64,000 bases of DNA from Octopus sinensis. Taxonomy: Eukaryota. Both the position numbers and the translations under genes were made by a program. This document shows positions 1 to 12,254 of the stretch, piece by piece (the stretch's first letter is position 1; each line of letters starts with the position of its first letter). The notes below the pieces were generated by a model. That model saw nothing but the letters and a program-made list of their open reading frames with translations. It did no database searches and was not told the origin of the DNA. The stretch covers positions 39,928,001 to 39,992,000 of the forward strand of contig NC_043000.1 of the NCBI RefSeq assembly GCF_006345805.1. The letters are read 5' to 3'.

Positions 1-2439
1 GTGAAGATTCGATCAAATCTTCTATCAAGTCAAAAAGAAATAAATATTCAGCACTTACAGAAATGCAATATTGCTGAATGAATACAATGTGGAACTTTGC
101 ATTGGTTTTCATTCAATGTGTATTTCTATACAGCTAAGGATGGTTTCATTTAGAAATCATTCTAAAGAATTAAAGTCAGGATTTCATTTTGAAAACATAC
201 AATCTTTGCCCCTTTGTAATTTTAAAGCTGTTCCGCCATCTTTACAATCCCTGTTGTTTATGCAGGAAACCAGTTAGATTAAATGGCACAGGAAATGGGA
301 AGTTTTATAAGTTTGTGCTGTTAATAAGGATTAATTAAGAGAACCAAAGTTGAGATGGGTGAACTATGATAGTTTGCAATATCTAAACAGAGGCATCGAA
401 TTTCTAGCTTATGTGCTATGTCCTGTAGAATCTAGAAGCAGGAGTAGAAGAGAGGGTTAGCCTAAGGGCAGAGAAGGATGATATTAACTGAGAGGCAGAG
501 TGAGGGTAGTAATAGAGAGAAAGAGAAAGAATCACTGCCTGGAAACAGTAATGTTGTACACATAACAACCTAAATGTATTAATCACTCACACCCTTTTAC
601 TACCAGAGGCCATCTGAACTTCATAAAGGAAAATTAAAAAAACAAAACAAACAGTAACTGTTTATTATAAGAGCAATGAGAGATGTGGGGTGTGTGTATG
701 ACTGAGAGAGTAGAGGGTGTGCGTCTTGCTGCAGTGGCGACCCCATCCCGCCATACACACAATGGAGTTTAACAACAACAAGAAATGACACAAAGTTTCT
801 CCAAAAGGGGCAGAACTGCCCAGGATTTCAGGTTTTATCGATAAGGAACTATGACAGATGACAGCAACTGTAGCAGTGAAAATTGTACCATTATTTTTTT
901 AATGCAACAATTAGAAGCAGTGATGTTAGTAGAAGCAGCACAAAGCAGAAGCAACATAAAAATGATGAAAAATGAGGGTAGAGGCAGCATAAAGCAATGA
1001 AATCCCAGATCAGTGAGAAAATGATTGTCAATATTCAAGTGTTCAAAAATGTTTAGTTGAAAGGATACTGATCAAAGTCAGGCTATATGATAGAATCTGT
1101 CTATGATGGAGTTGTGTTCTTTGGTTTTATATATATATATTATATGTAAAATGATGGCAGCATGAATGAATTCTACAATGGTATGACTGACATGTATAGG
1201 TACATTTACATCAACTGCTAAACATGACTAAAGATTATAAGCACACAAGGCCTCCAGTTAAACATATTAGACATACAGGCATATCACATGCTTTAAACAC
1301 AAATGTATAATACGTCACAGTTTTTAAACATGAATAAAAATTTATAGGCACATCACATTTCCTGTTAAACATGTGAGATGCATAGACACGCCACACACTT
1401 TGTTGAACAAACTAGAATGACAGAGGGACATCTCCTCTTTTTAAATATCACAATATATATATATAAGCACATGACAGTTGTAAGGTATGTAAAGTATAGG
1501 TAATCACATTTCCTGTTAATCATAATGAGAGATGCTTAGGCATGCCACATCTTTTAAACATGGCTAAAGATATAAATATAATCAGCGACTGTCTAACTGA
1601 GAGATGTTTGTTCTTTTTCTATTTTTTTACTCTCCTCATTTAGCCTTTCTGTAAAAGAGTGTATGCTTGAAGCATTAAAGCCTTCATCCAATTTTCCTGA
1701 GCATCAACCTAATACACCCTGTTTTTTTTTTAACCTTGTCTTTGAGTCTTTACTTTTGTACCATGTATATCACATCTGTTAAGCAAATCTTACAGTAGGA
1801 CCAGAAATATTCCTAGATTAAGCTATTGCAATTATTATTAATAAATAGTCATGAGTTTACATATACACAACATTTCATTTATAGTAAACAAGCCAAAGAC
1901 AAACAACACCAACACCACCACCACCGCCGCCGGTAAACAGGTTAGAATTTAAATAAAATAGTGATAAACAAAGAAAAGGTTTAACATTAGAGGATATTCA
2001 ACGGGTACATGCAGGAAATTATATATTTAAATGACTTAAAAATTCACTAAAATGTTAAGCTACTATGAAACAACTAAAAAAGGATCCAAAACCTTTGTAT
2101 GTCATGCCTGAAAACATACCTGTGGGTGAAGCTGTTGAAGGGGAAAATTAAACAAAGTCATTAATACATAAAGGAGATAAATCATACAAAATACAACTTA
2201 CCTTTAGATCAAGTACAAATTCATTGTTATTTTAAGTAATGGGTAAGATAACAGTACACCCCCCTCCCCAGCATACAAATTCAGATAGAAGACCAAAGCT
2301 AAAATTGTGTTCACTGGTCTGTGTTGGATAGGTCCTTTGTAAAGTATATTAATCTTGACTCAGTCCTCCATTAGATCTATCAACACTAGTATTGTGATGT
2401 AACTTAGTCAAATCTTTTGACATCTTTCTGTACAAATAG

Positions 2440-2720
2440 CCTTTATTAATATTCTACACAGCATTTTCTTGCCTTGCATTCACAAACCATTTGCATCATA
2501 TATCCATACCTCAACGTACTTCAGATGAAGTCTTTACTATCAAGCTTCTCTCTCTCTTTCAATTCACTAGATTTTCATGCAACATAAAATTTCATATACA
2601 ACAGATCATGTCCACCTCATTTCTCTGCAGTTTTCACAGATTACCCACATTCAATCTACTCACTATTACTCAACAATACTTTTCATATACATACTTCACA
2701 TAGTCAGTCTTTCACACAAA
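2440..2720 (-). mobile_element. Degraded RTE-type LINE fragment (RT C-terminal region)
   Basis: Manual minus-strand translation gives KLQRNEVDMICCI...STLRYGYMMQMVCEC with stops, resembling the RTE pattern KLERNE.SMLRWM...RRLRWYGHVMRM. Confidence 0.5.
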
Positions 2721-2873
2721 GGCATGCTTTCTTTTCAATGGAGTAACATCTCTTTCAATTTTTTCAATATTTTTTTCATTATGGCAACTAATACTTTGCT
2801 ACAAGAATACGTATGTTTGAACAAGACAGTTATAATGTCTATGGTGAAGCTAAAGAAGATTCTGTTTTTTGGC

Positions 2874-3095
2874 TTAACCCTTTAGCATTTAATCTGGTCA
2901 AATCCAGCCCAAATATTATACTGGTTTTATGTTAAAACTGACCACATCCAACCTCTCACACCTACCATACAATATCATTCTAAAAATATACAAACACAAC
3001 AATTGAAATTTTGAAGCTACAAAATAATGTGTGATCAATTCAAACAATGTGAATAAATAAGCATTTCATTTGACAAAGAAATCTGAATGGTTTAA
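2874..3095 (+). mobile_element. TTAA-flanked MITE (piggyBac-type), family 1
   Basis: Starts TTAACCCTTTAGCATT and ends with a degenerate TIR (aatctgaatggtTTAA); the same internal sequence recurs at about 7066, 26980, 28523, 33323 and 58064. Confidence 0.75.
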
Positions 3096-3269
3096 CACAC
3101 AATTCTATTAGTCTAACAAATATGAAATCTCTGGTTCAACATGTGCACTTCTATGAGTCATCTGATCTGCCAGACACACCGGTCAAATATTGCCCAAATT
3201 TCACCTTGTCTTATAAAAGGAAAAACAGATTCAATAATGTAGTTCTAGATATACTAATGCTTGACAAGA

Positions 3270-3699
3270 ATATCAGAATATTACCAGCGTCGCCTTACTG
3301 GCACTTGTGCCTGTGCTAGTTGGGTGCCAAGAGCACCATCCAAGCGTGATCGTTGCCAGAGCAGCCAACTGGCTTCCGTACCAGTGGCACGTAAAAGGAC
3401 ACCATTCGAGCGTGATCGTTACCAAAATCACCTTACTGGCACCTGTGCAGGTGGCATGTGTAAAAGTATTCGAGCGAGGTCGTTGGCAGTACCGCCAGAC
3501 TGGCCCCCGTGCCAGTGGCACGTAAAAAGCACTCACTACACTCTCGGAGTGGTTGGCGTTAGGAAGGGCATCCACTTGTAGAAACTCTGCCAAATCAAGA
3601 TTGGAGCCTGGTTCAGCCATTTGGTTTGCCAGCCCTCAGTCAAAATCGTCCAACCCATGCTAGCATGGAAAGCGGACGTTAAACGATGATGATGATGAT
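3270..3699 (+). mobile_element. RTE-LINE 3' tail / RTE-tailed repeat (family A)
   Basis: gtgccagtggcacgtaaaaagcac subrepeats, then ggttggcgttaggaagggcatcc...ggacgttaaac(gat)n; the same tail follows RTE coding sequence at 12255-12912. Confidence 0.85.
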
Positions 3700-5665
3700 A
3701 CTCTTTTTTTTATGACTTAAGAAAAGGAAGCCCTTGATAGTTTTCTTCATCTCTAACGAGACTAGTGGCAAGAAAAGAGAGGAAGAAACAACAGTTGATA
3801 AGTTGTTGCAATAGGAAACAGTGCAACTTGATCATACCATCCTCACACCTAAATGAACTCTACTCAAGATATCCAAAGTTCAGCTGATGCTGAATAACAT
3901 CATACATCTACCATACATTTACTCACTCAGGGCTGGCAAGCGACTAAACAGCAACAATATTTAAATCTTCATGAATTTCTAGATAACTTACGATAGAGCA
4001 AAACTTAATATCCACAAGCAAAAAAAGAGAGTTAGGCCTGCTAATAGAACAGCAAATTCTTTCTTGAAACATACCCTAATTCAGTCTCAACAATCTATGT
4101 AGACCCTCTTTCATTGTCTCCATTGTTAAATTACTGGGAATTATTTTATCAACCCTTATCAAAAGGCTGAAAGGGGGAATAGAAGGACATAGTTGAATAG
4201 CAAACACAGTCCATTTGGCCCATTAATTAATGATTTCTACCAGCCAATTTCTATCTTTAATAACGATTTAAAACATAACACATATGGTTATATACAAAGA
4301 TCAAGTAGAGTATACTCAACAAAAGAGTAAAAGAGTAAACTATATTGATCCCTCTACCATACTTAATAGTTAACTGGCACTTATTTTATGAATTCTGAAA
4401 AGGACCAAAGGTAAACATATTAACCTTGCCTGGATTTGAACTCAGAATATAAAGAGGGACTTTGTCTAACAATCTGCCAATTCTACCAAGAATACAAAGA
4501 CAGTAACACAAATAAATATATAAAAAAAACCAGAAGACATAGTTGTGTGGTTAAGAAATTTGCTTCTACATAGCTACTTAGTTATTCTTGTGTCACAGTT
4601 TGGGCAAATATAACAAAGACTATATTTTGTTGAGGTGGTTTTAATAAGACTTAAACATGTCCAGAGTTGCCTCCCATACTTGCCAAAATAAACTAAATAG
4701 TTGCCTTTTCTTTACTGTATAATTATTTCTAATTCAAGCACAAAACTTTCTAAATATACTTCACACCAGTATGGTGAAAGTAAGAAAGAGAATGATATAA
4801 GTAAACTGATATTTCAGAAAACTGACAAAAAGAATAAAATAAATAAATTAAAAATGCATTTGGATCAAAATACTATGAGTGGTATTTGTTTGACCTGAGT
4901 TGACTGAATTAAACAGACTCTTCCTTGTCACTCTCATCATTGTAAATGCAAGGAAGCTGTGTTTGACTCATCAAAAACTAATAACCAATGCTTCTATTCT
5001 TTATCAATTGCTATGTAAAATAAAATTAAATAAACCACATACATACCATCCCATTGAGCAGATACATGATGTACTGTCAACAAAAATATGAAGCTTGTTG
5101 CTAGCAGTACAGCAATCTTCATCTCTTACAGGAATGTGGTTTTAGGTTTTCTTCAAATATGATGTTTGTTGTAAATTTTCAGCTATCAAATCACACCTGT
5201 AATTAGATTTTAAATTTAAAAATTACTGAAAATAGAAATAAAAGAAAAAAGAAACAAAGAAGCCAACAAATTTATGCCATTTAGAATAATTACTGGTAAA
5301 ATAGGCGGGCGTGACTAATAATAGCAGTGAATCTCTTCTGTTCACCGAACGCTGCTTCTAGTGTAACTAGGGATGACACTCAACCCATCTCATAGTTTCT
5401 ACAACACTCCACACTCTCTTCTTAATTTTATTACCTGAGATCTCTCAGGCATCTCGAGACATATGCATAAGGGATTACATCAGGTTTACATGTAGCCAAC
5501 ACACTGTTACACTCTTGCCATTTAGCATTGACATCCATCATTTCCTCTCATCATTTATGTACTTCATTCATCATTCTCTCACCTCTCCCCTTCTCTATAA
5601 TAAAGTGCCTTCATTACACTCTGTCAAGTTTGTGGTGAAGAGGACCTTTTAATTGTGACTTCTAG

Positions 5666-6020
5666 TGTTATCATCATCATCATCATTTAATATCTGTTTT
5701 CCACGCTGGTATAGGTTGGGCAGTTTGCCTGAAAACTGGTAAGCTAGGGAGCTGCACCAGGTTCCAATCTGATTTGGCATAGTTTCTATGGCTGGATACC
5801 CTTCCTAATACCAACTACTCCAAAAGTGTAGTGGGTGCTTTCTACATGCCACTGGTATCAGCCATGTCTACAATCTCGCTTGGTTTGACAGGTCTTCTCA
5901 AGCACGGTATAACGCCAGATCTCGGTCACTTGTCACTGCCTCTATGAGGCCAAACATTCAAACGGTGCTTTTTACATGCTTCCAGCATGGGTGCTATTTA
6001 TGCGAGACAGGCATTGGCCT
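5666..6020 (-). mobile_element. Family A RTE tail, diverged
   Basis: (cat)n-ttaa...ttccacgctgg...ggataccCttcctaataccaac, reverse complement of family A. Confidence 0.75.
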
Positions 6021-7065
6021 CTCTCAAGAAAAATACATCCAGTATACCCTTAAATATGGTAAGTGTCAGGTAGGGTATATACAATCATACAAAGCATGGA
6101 GGCAAAAAAAAAATGAAACTTAAGAGCAAGATGTAACACTCAAAACTATCTAGAAAAGAAATAACATGCCAACATGGAAAGTGGATGGAAAATTATAAAG
6201 ATGATTATGATAAACATAAAGCAACAATTGTTTTTGCAGTGGAGAAGGAGAAAGTGTAATTAGTTTAATCAAAACCAATAGTTCTTATTTTATCAATCCG
6301 AGAAAGCTTAGAGGCAAAGCTGGGTGAAAAAACGAAAAATATTGCAATGTATTTTGTCTCTCTAAATAATCAAGTTGTAGAAATTTGTTCCTTTGCACAC
6401 ACACACAAACTACCTTGTGTGTGCGTGTGTGTGTGTGTGTGTGTTTAAGTTGTGTAGCTTTATGTCCTGCAACCTAGCAGTTAGGTAAATGGAGCTGGAT
6501 AAAGTAAGTAGCAGACTGAAATAAATACTGCATCAAACTTGTCACCAAGGGAACAATAATTCAGATAAAGTGACATTTTGTCTGTGTTTGTTTGTTTCTA
6601 TCTTTCTCTCTCTCTCTCTCACACACACACACAAAGTAATTTGCCCCCTTGACAGAATTCAATAAAATAAGTACCACATTGAAATGGCAACACTATAGAA
6701 GGAGGTGCTTCCCTACCACAGCATTACTGCACTTCAATGATAGCAATGAATAATAATAAGAGAATTATATTTCTTTTCTTTCATTTTACCAGTTTTTATT
6801 CCTTGGATTTTAGATAAACCTTTTTCTTCTATTTTTTCAACCTTTGTCTTTCTATATTGACTTCCTAGTCATTTCCTTTCCAAGTGACATCTTAATCTAT
6901 GGCACTTTTTTTTAAAGTTGTTTAGAATACATTCAAATTCTAGTTCTAATTTATTAACCCTTTGTAGTCTAATGATCTCTTTTCACTAAAGATGAAACCA
7001 CTTGCCCCCACCTCCACCAAAAAAAAACAAACAAAAAAGCATTAGAAAAAACTGAATATCAATAG

Positions 7066-7260
7066 TTAACTCTTTTGTATTCAAATTACTGTCAAATGTT
7101 AATGCTTATTTATTTACATTGTTTTGAATTAATCATGTAATGTCTTGTAGCTTCGTGATTTCAGTGATGTGATTGCTTACTTTTAGTGGGTAAGTGAGAC
7201 AGGCCAGACCTGACCAGTTTAAACATAAAACAGGTAGAATATTTGAACCAGATATTTAAA
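7066..7260 (-). mobile_element. TTAA MITE family 1, diverged
   Basis: ttaactcttttgtattcaaattactgtcaaatg...aaacataaaacaggtagaatattt is the reverse complement of the 2874 element. Confidence 0.65.
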
Positions 7261-7314
7261 ATAGAATAAGTCCACATTTAGGGACAAACTAAATGAAAAA
7301 AAAAAAAATCCAGG

Positions 7315-7660
7315 TAATGTTGTAGCTGTGTGGTTAGAAGTTTGCTTCTCAGCCACATGACTCTGGGTTTAGTCCCACTGTGTTGTGACTTGTGCAAGTG
7401 TTTTCTGCTATAGCCCCAGGCTGACCAAAGACAAGTGAGTGAATTTGGTAAATGGAAACTGAAAGAAACCTATCATATAATGTTTGTTGTGTGTATGTAT
7501 ATATCTTCATGGTGTTGGTTTGATAACATCTACATAACTTAGTAGTTCGGCAGAAGAGACCAATAGAATAAATACCAGACTTTAAAAAAAAATAGTATTA
7601 GGGGTCGATTTACTTGATTGAAAACCCAATGACCAAAACAAAGAAAAGATTAAAAAAATA
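7315..7660 (+). mobile_element. tRNA-derived SINE with CORE-like middle (family C)
   Basis: gctgtgtggttagaagtttgcttc...gcaagtgttttctgctatagcc...ggaaactgaaagaa plus tail cttagtagttcggcagaagagaccaatagaata. Confidence 0.7.
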
Positions 7661-8371
7661 AAAGCTCTCACTTGCATGTAAGCATGGCTTGGTAGCATAT
7701 ACATAGGTCCCTATGTAGTTGTGAGCAGACATAGACATCCTCTTGACTCCCCTGTTCTTTGACTCAATGGCACACCAAGGTTGTGGGAAGCAAGAGAGAA
7801 GGTGCTGCATCAGCCAACTACTGGTGCAGCATTTTCAGACTGGGACAACATGAAATGAAGTGAAGCATCTGCCTCAAAGACAAAAAAAAAACTAACCCAA
7901 TCCAGGGATCAAACTCATGAACTTATGATTGTGAGCCCAACAACTTAACCACTAGGCCACACTACAGAAAGCAGGGAGGAAGGAGAAAACAAGGTCCTCA
8001 GTGTAGAAACTTGATCAAAACACTTGCAACAAAGTGACCTTTTTATTAAAGGCACCCAGCAGCCAAGTACAATCAATCTGATGAATCTGCAGAGTTTCTG
8101 CCTATTACCTAATTTTACTCACAATGCTTGTGCCAGGTGAGACTACAGTAGAAAGACACTTGCTGAAAATGTTTCATAATTGGATGAAATGCAGCAATTC
8201 CATGGGGTTATGAAAAGAACTTCTTAACTCCATGGCCAGGGTTTCAGAAGTGCAAGCAAATAAATTTTTCAGACTTTGTACTTCCTCAATATCGACCAAT
8301 CAATACATGAATGATGCCTTTCAAATCTACATACACTTTTTGATCAGCTTCTTTACTACATTGTACTCTTT

Positions 8372-8669
8372 TCCTTCTCGAGCCATGCTTAGCTCATAAG
8401 GGCTGTTTTCCCGGTTTCCTTGGTGTATAGGTTCCCCACCTGGACGGGATGCCGGTCCATTGCAGGTGAGCTGCAAGATGCAGGAGGAAAGAGTGAGAGA
8501 AAGTTGTGGCGAAAGAGTCAGCAGACGTTCGCCATTATCTTCTGCCGGAGCCGTGTGGAGCTTAGGTGTTTCGCTCATAAACACACACATCGCCTGGTCT
8601 GAGATTTGAACCCGCGATCCCTTGACCGTGAGTCCACTGCTCTAACCACTAGGCCATGTGCCTCCACAC
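8372..8669 (-). mobile_element. Young tRNA-derived SINE with 14-bp TSD
   Basis: Minus strand begins gtggaggcacaTGGCCTAGTGGTTAG (A box)...GGTTCAAATCT (B box); flanked by acattgtactcttt at 8358-8371 and 8670-8683; many CpGs retained. Confidence 0.85.
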
Positions 8670-9049
8670 ACATTGTACTCTTTCATGCTGCTCAAACAGA
8701 TATAACTGTGTGGTGTGGCTAAACAAGAAAACTGCAGCAAAGCTGCATGATAGTGTTGTCAGACATGGCATGTAGATCATCATATTACTTGTTTGACATT
8801 GCATTTATATTCTCTTCTGTTTTATTTTGACACGTGCATTGCATCTGTATGTTCACACATCACTTTCCAGTTTCTACTCAAAACTGTTTACAGATCACAA
8901 CCATCTCATGAATCTGCAGTTAAGTGGAGAGCTTCGTGCTCCAGTAGTTGTCAAAAAAGTTTGCTTGCAAATCACATGCTGTCATAGACTTGATAAACCT
9001 CAGCCTTGTGAGTGAAACTGGGACTGGGAAGATGTAAACTCTGTATGTA

Positions 9050-9234
9050 GGACTTATCTATTATCTGAATATTAGAATTATTAAAATAGAATATCTATTA
9101 TTAGAATTATTAGAATAATAGAATAGTTATTATTGGAATATTAGAATTTACTAATTTAGTAGAATATCTATTATTAGAATAATAGAATATCTATTATTGG
9201 AATATGAGAATTATGAGAATAATTAAGATATATA
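9050..9234. repeat. Degenerate AT-rich minisatellite (tagaatatctattat-like), resuming at 9600-9627
   Basis: Repeated tattattagaat / agaatatctatt units on both sides of the HINE-like element. Confidence 0.75.
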
Positions 9235-9598
9235 TTATTACTGCTGCCTTAGCGAAGGCAGAGGTATTGTTTTCAGTTACGTTTGTTTGTTTGTCCGTGG
9301 ACAAGATATCTCAAGAACAGCAGTATGGATTCTGATGAAACTTACGGGGATATTTGGCCTCGTGACTGGCATGAACTGATTAGATTTGGGGAGCGATCTG
9401 TTACCAGACAAGGATTCTGGATTAATTTTCCATTTTGTTTTTTACTTAATTTTTGAGAGTGGTCGGGCTCATTTTGAGTTTGTGAGAGGAGTCGAGTTTA
9501 TTACAGATATTCTCAATTTAAAAATTATCTCTGGATAATTGTTGAGAGGACATTGGTGTTGCCTTGGCGGAGGTTTGCGCTCTTTGAGTGCTCTTATT
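9235..9598 (+). mobile_element. DINE-1/HINE-like non-autonomous Helentron
   Basis: 5' inverted repeat ctgcc-ttagcgaa-ggcag, (gttt)n tract, 3' ccttggcggaggt followed by hairpin gcgctc-ttt-gagtgc; this is the HINE architecture. Confidence 0.65.
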
Positions 9599-10444
9599 TG
9601 AATATTAGAATATCTATTATTAGAATCAAGCTAGCTGTTGGATGCCAACAGTAGAGTCCATGTTACTGCAAGGAAAGAAATCAGACTTAGTCACCAATCC
9701 AAGAATAATCTATGAGGGTCATGGTTTCTGCATTCCTTTCACCCACTAGTATCAGATATACTGAAAAAAACTTAAGGCTACCCTTTCTCACTCACTAAAC
9801 CATTAAAAAGAAAATGAAAACTTCATTTGCAGTAACCCAACAATTCTTTTCATTTTTACAACTTCATCTTGTTGGCACATGAATTTACCTTACTTTAGTG
9901 ATTGTAGCTCCTCCTAGGTAGTGGTCGCAGGCACAAGTCTCTAAGTTATGATAAAATTTGAGAGGGCTTTTTGGCTGCTATTTCTAGCCGATGGGTGTCC
10001 ATGCGGAGCGGAGGGGTTCTTGCTATTTAGCTCCAGATCACTTCTTTGAATAGATCAATGACGAAATACATTTTAGTTCATCTTAAAATCTAACTTGGAT
10101 TACATTCATTTTCTTTCTTTTTTTTTTTTAAGAAGTAGGGTTTGGTTTGAAGGACTGGGTACTATTTCTGACAGGTTAAATAAATATCCACGTAGAGGCT
10201 CCAGCAAGTACTTTCCATGGAGTAGTTATCTCCCATGAACGATGGAGCAATTATTTCCCATGAACCAATTATGATGGAATGAGGTGGGGGCACATTTAAG
10301 TGTTAATGTTAATCAAAAACCGTTAATGGTTTAAATACGAGAATGGGAGATGGAAAGAAGGAAGGAAAAAATGTAATAACAAATTATATATATAAAGAGA
10401 CCAATACACATACATACGTATATGTATAGACCTACAAACAACCC

Positions 10445-10473
10445 ATGTGTATGTGTGTGTGTGCGTGTGTGTG

Positions 10474-10506
<33 letters not shown>

Positions 10507-10554
10507 TGTGTGTGTTGTGTGTGTGTGTGTACGTGTGTGTGTGTACGTGTGTAC

Positions 10555-10585
<31 letters not shown>
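10445..10585. repeat. Long imperfect (TG)n microsatellite
   Basis: Seen directly. Confidence 0.95.
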
Positions 10586-10589
<4 letters not shown>

Positions 10590-11217
10590 CAATAACTGAG
10601 TTAGCAGAGCGGAGGACTATAGCTGAATAACTGCAGTCATCTTTAAGTCAAAGGTTCAAATCCGTCTCGTGAGAGGTACCACTTATTTTTCACTGGCAAT
10701 GCCCTAGCACGGCCACAGCTTTAGGGCTGAAACATATAAAAGAATGAATGTGTGTGTGAATTCTCAAGATGATGGACTAAAAGTAGCTGACATATTAAAA
10801 CAGCAAATCAGCAATGCACTGTACTAAAATATCCTATTGTATACAGTTTTGACCCTCTACAGATTGCTTGAGAGGTTGAGCCTTACTCTCAAGGAAATCA
10901 TATCAATAGTGTTCAGTCTCGTGCTTCTCTCTCTCTCTCTCGCATACACGCACATACACAGAAGATGGCAAACTCATTTCTTTTTCGACAGAAATAAAGG
11001 GACTTAAAAATATAAATCTATATTGTGTTTACAACAGACCAGCGCATTTCTGATGCCGACAGTTGTAATGATAAATCTGTGTTATTTGTTTGAGGAACTA
11101 ACACCCTACTTGATATGTTGAGTGATCCACAAACAGACATCTATATTTGGATAGCAGAAAATATGGCTTTCATCAATACCTTTGGTACTGTATTTGACTG
11201 TGTGTAAATTCAAAAAC

Positions 11218-11440
11218 CAAAGCAGAATCGTTAGCATGCCGGACAAAATGCTTAGCAGCCTTTTTGTCTGTCTTTACATTCCAAGTTCAAATGCTGCTGA
11301 GGTCAACTTCGCCTTTCATCTCTTCAGAGTTAATAGAATAAGTACCTGTTGAGCACTGGATCAATGTAAACTATTATCCCCCTCCTCCAAAATTTCAGGC
11401 TTTGTGCCTACAGCAGAAAAGATTATATTGGCTTGACCTA
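11218..11440 (+). mobile_element. tRNA-derived SINE (family B)
   Basis: gcagaatcgttagc...agttcaaatgc...gcctttcatc...aagtacc; the central block recurs more than 15 times in the window. Confidence 0.8.
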
Positions 11441-12254
11441 CCAACAGGACTGGTGCTGTGCATTAGCCACACCATGGGGCACAGTAAATGTGAGTGAACC
11501 ACATGAATCCTGAACAATTTCAACAAAATATCTTAATCCATTGTAAAACATTAGAAATAACGAAAGCGGGTGGATCACTCAGGGAAGAGAGGGGTAAAAG
11601 ACAGAGGTGGATGGAGCAGTGTAAATGAGAAAGTTTTGTAATATTATGACCCTTTATGCAATTCAGCATAAAACATTTCAAATATTACTAGATTCACTAG
11701 GTAAATTTTTTTGCATGCATTTTTAACAGCTGGTGTTAAATTGTTAAGCAAAAATGAAGAAAGAAGCATGCTTTGTAGGATAGAGAAAAGAGGGTGTGCA
11801 TAGATGGTCTATGTTCTATCTGGCCCTGTCTGCTATTTTTTTTTCTTTTTTTAGAGTGGCTCTCTCCTAGACAAGCTACTCTCATCACAAGAAATGACAA
11901 ATGAGTCCAAGTTGCTTCATCACTCCTTGTGTTTATACAAGCATATCCATTCACAATCTTGAGTATATTATATAATTGCTAGACAACCATTGACCCCAAG
12001 CTGTAACCAACATTTTGCATTAATTAGTTTGCAGCAACCATTTTCACTAGGTTAACCTGGCAAGGGAAGGTGGTTCACTCACCAGAGACCCAAGCATATA
12101 ACAGATTGTATTAGGTTACATATATATTATCCATTACACTGAGAGAATGAGTGTGAGTATGAGTGAGATAGAGAGACTGAGAAAAGAAGAGAGGTAAGTA
12201 AATTAGCCATGGGTAATGCGGTGATGGTATGAGCTACACAGCCCCTAAATGCTT

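Noticed and set aside
2075-2150. Plus-strand peptide KDPKPLYVMPENIPVGEAV resembling a cadherin ENxPVG motif
   Set aside because: No usable acceptor upstream, a stop follows within a few codons, and no other cadherin motifs (DxD, DxNDNxP) are present; the minus-strand splice signals fit better.
5130-5260. Very strong minus-strand polypyrimidine acceptor with downstream donors
   Set aside because: Both possible exons have stops in all frames; this shows such splice-like signals occur by chance, which lowers confidence in the microexon candidates.
8600-8669. tRNA genes at SINE heads
   Set aside because: A and B boxes are present but there is no full cloverleaf; they continue into SINE bodies.
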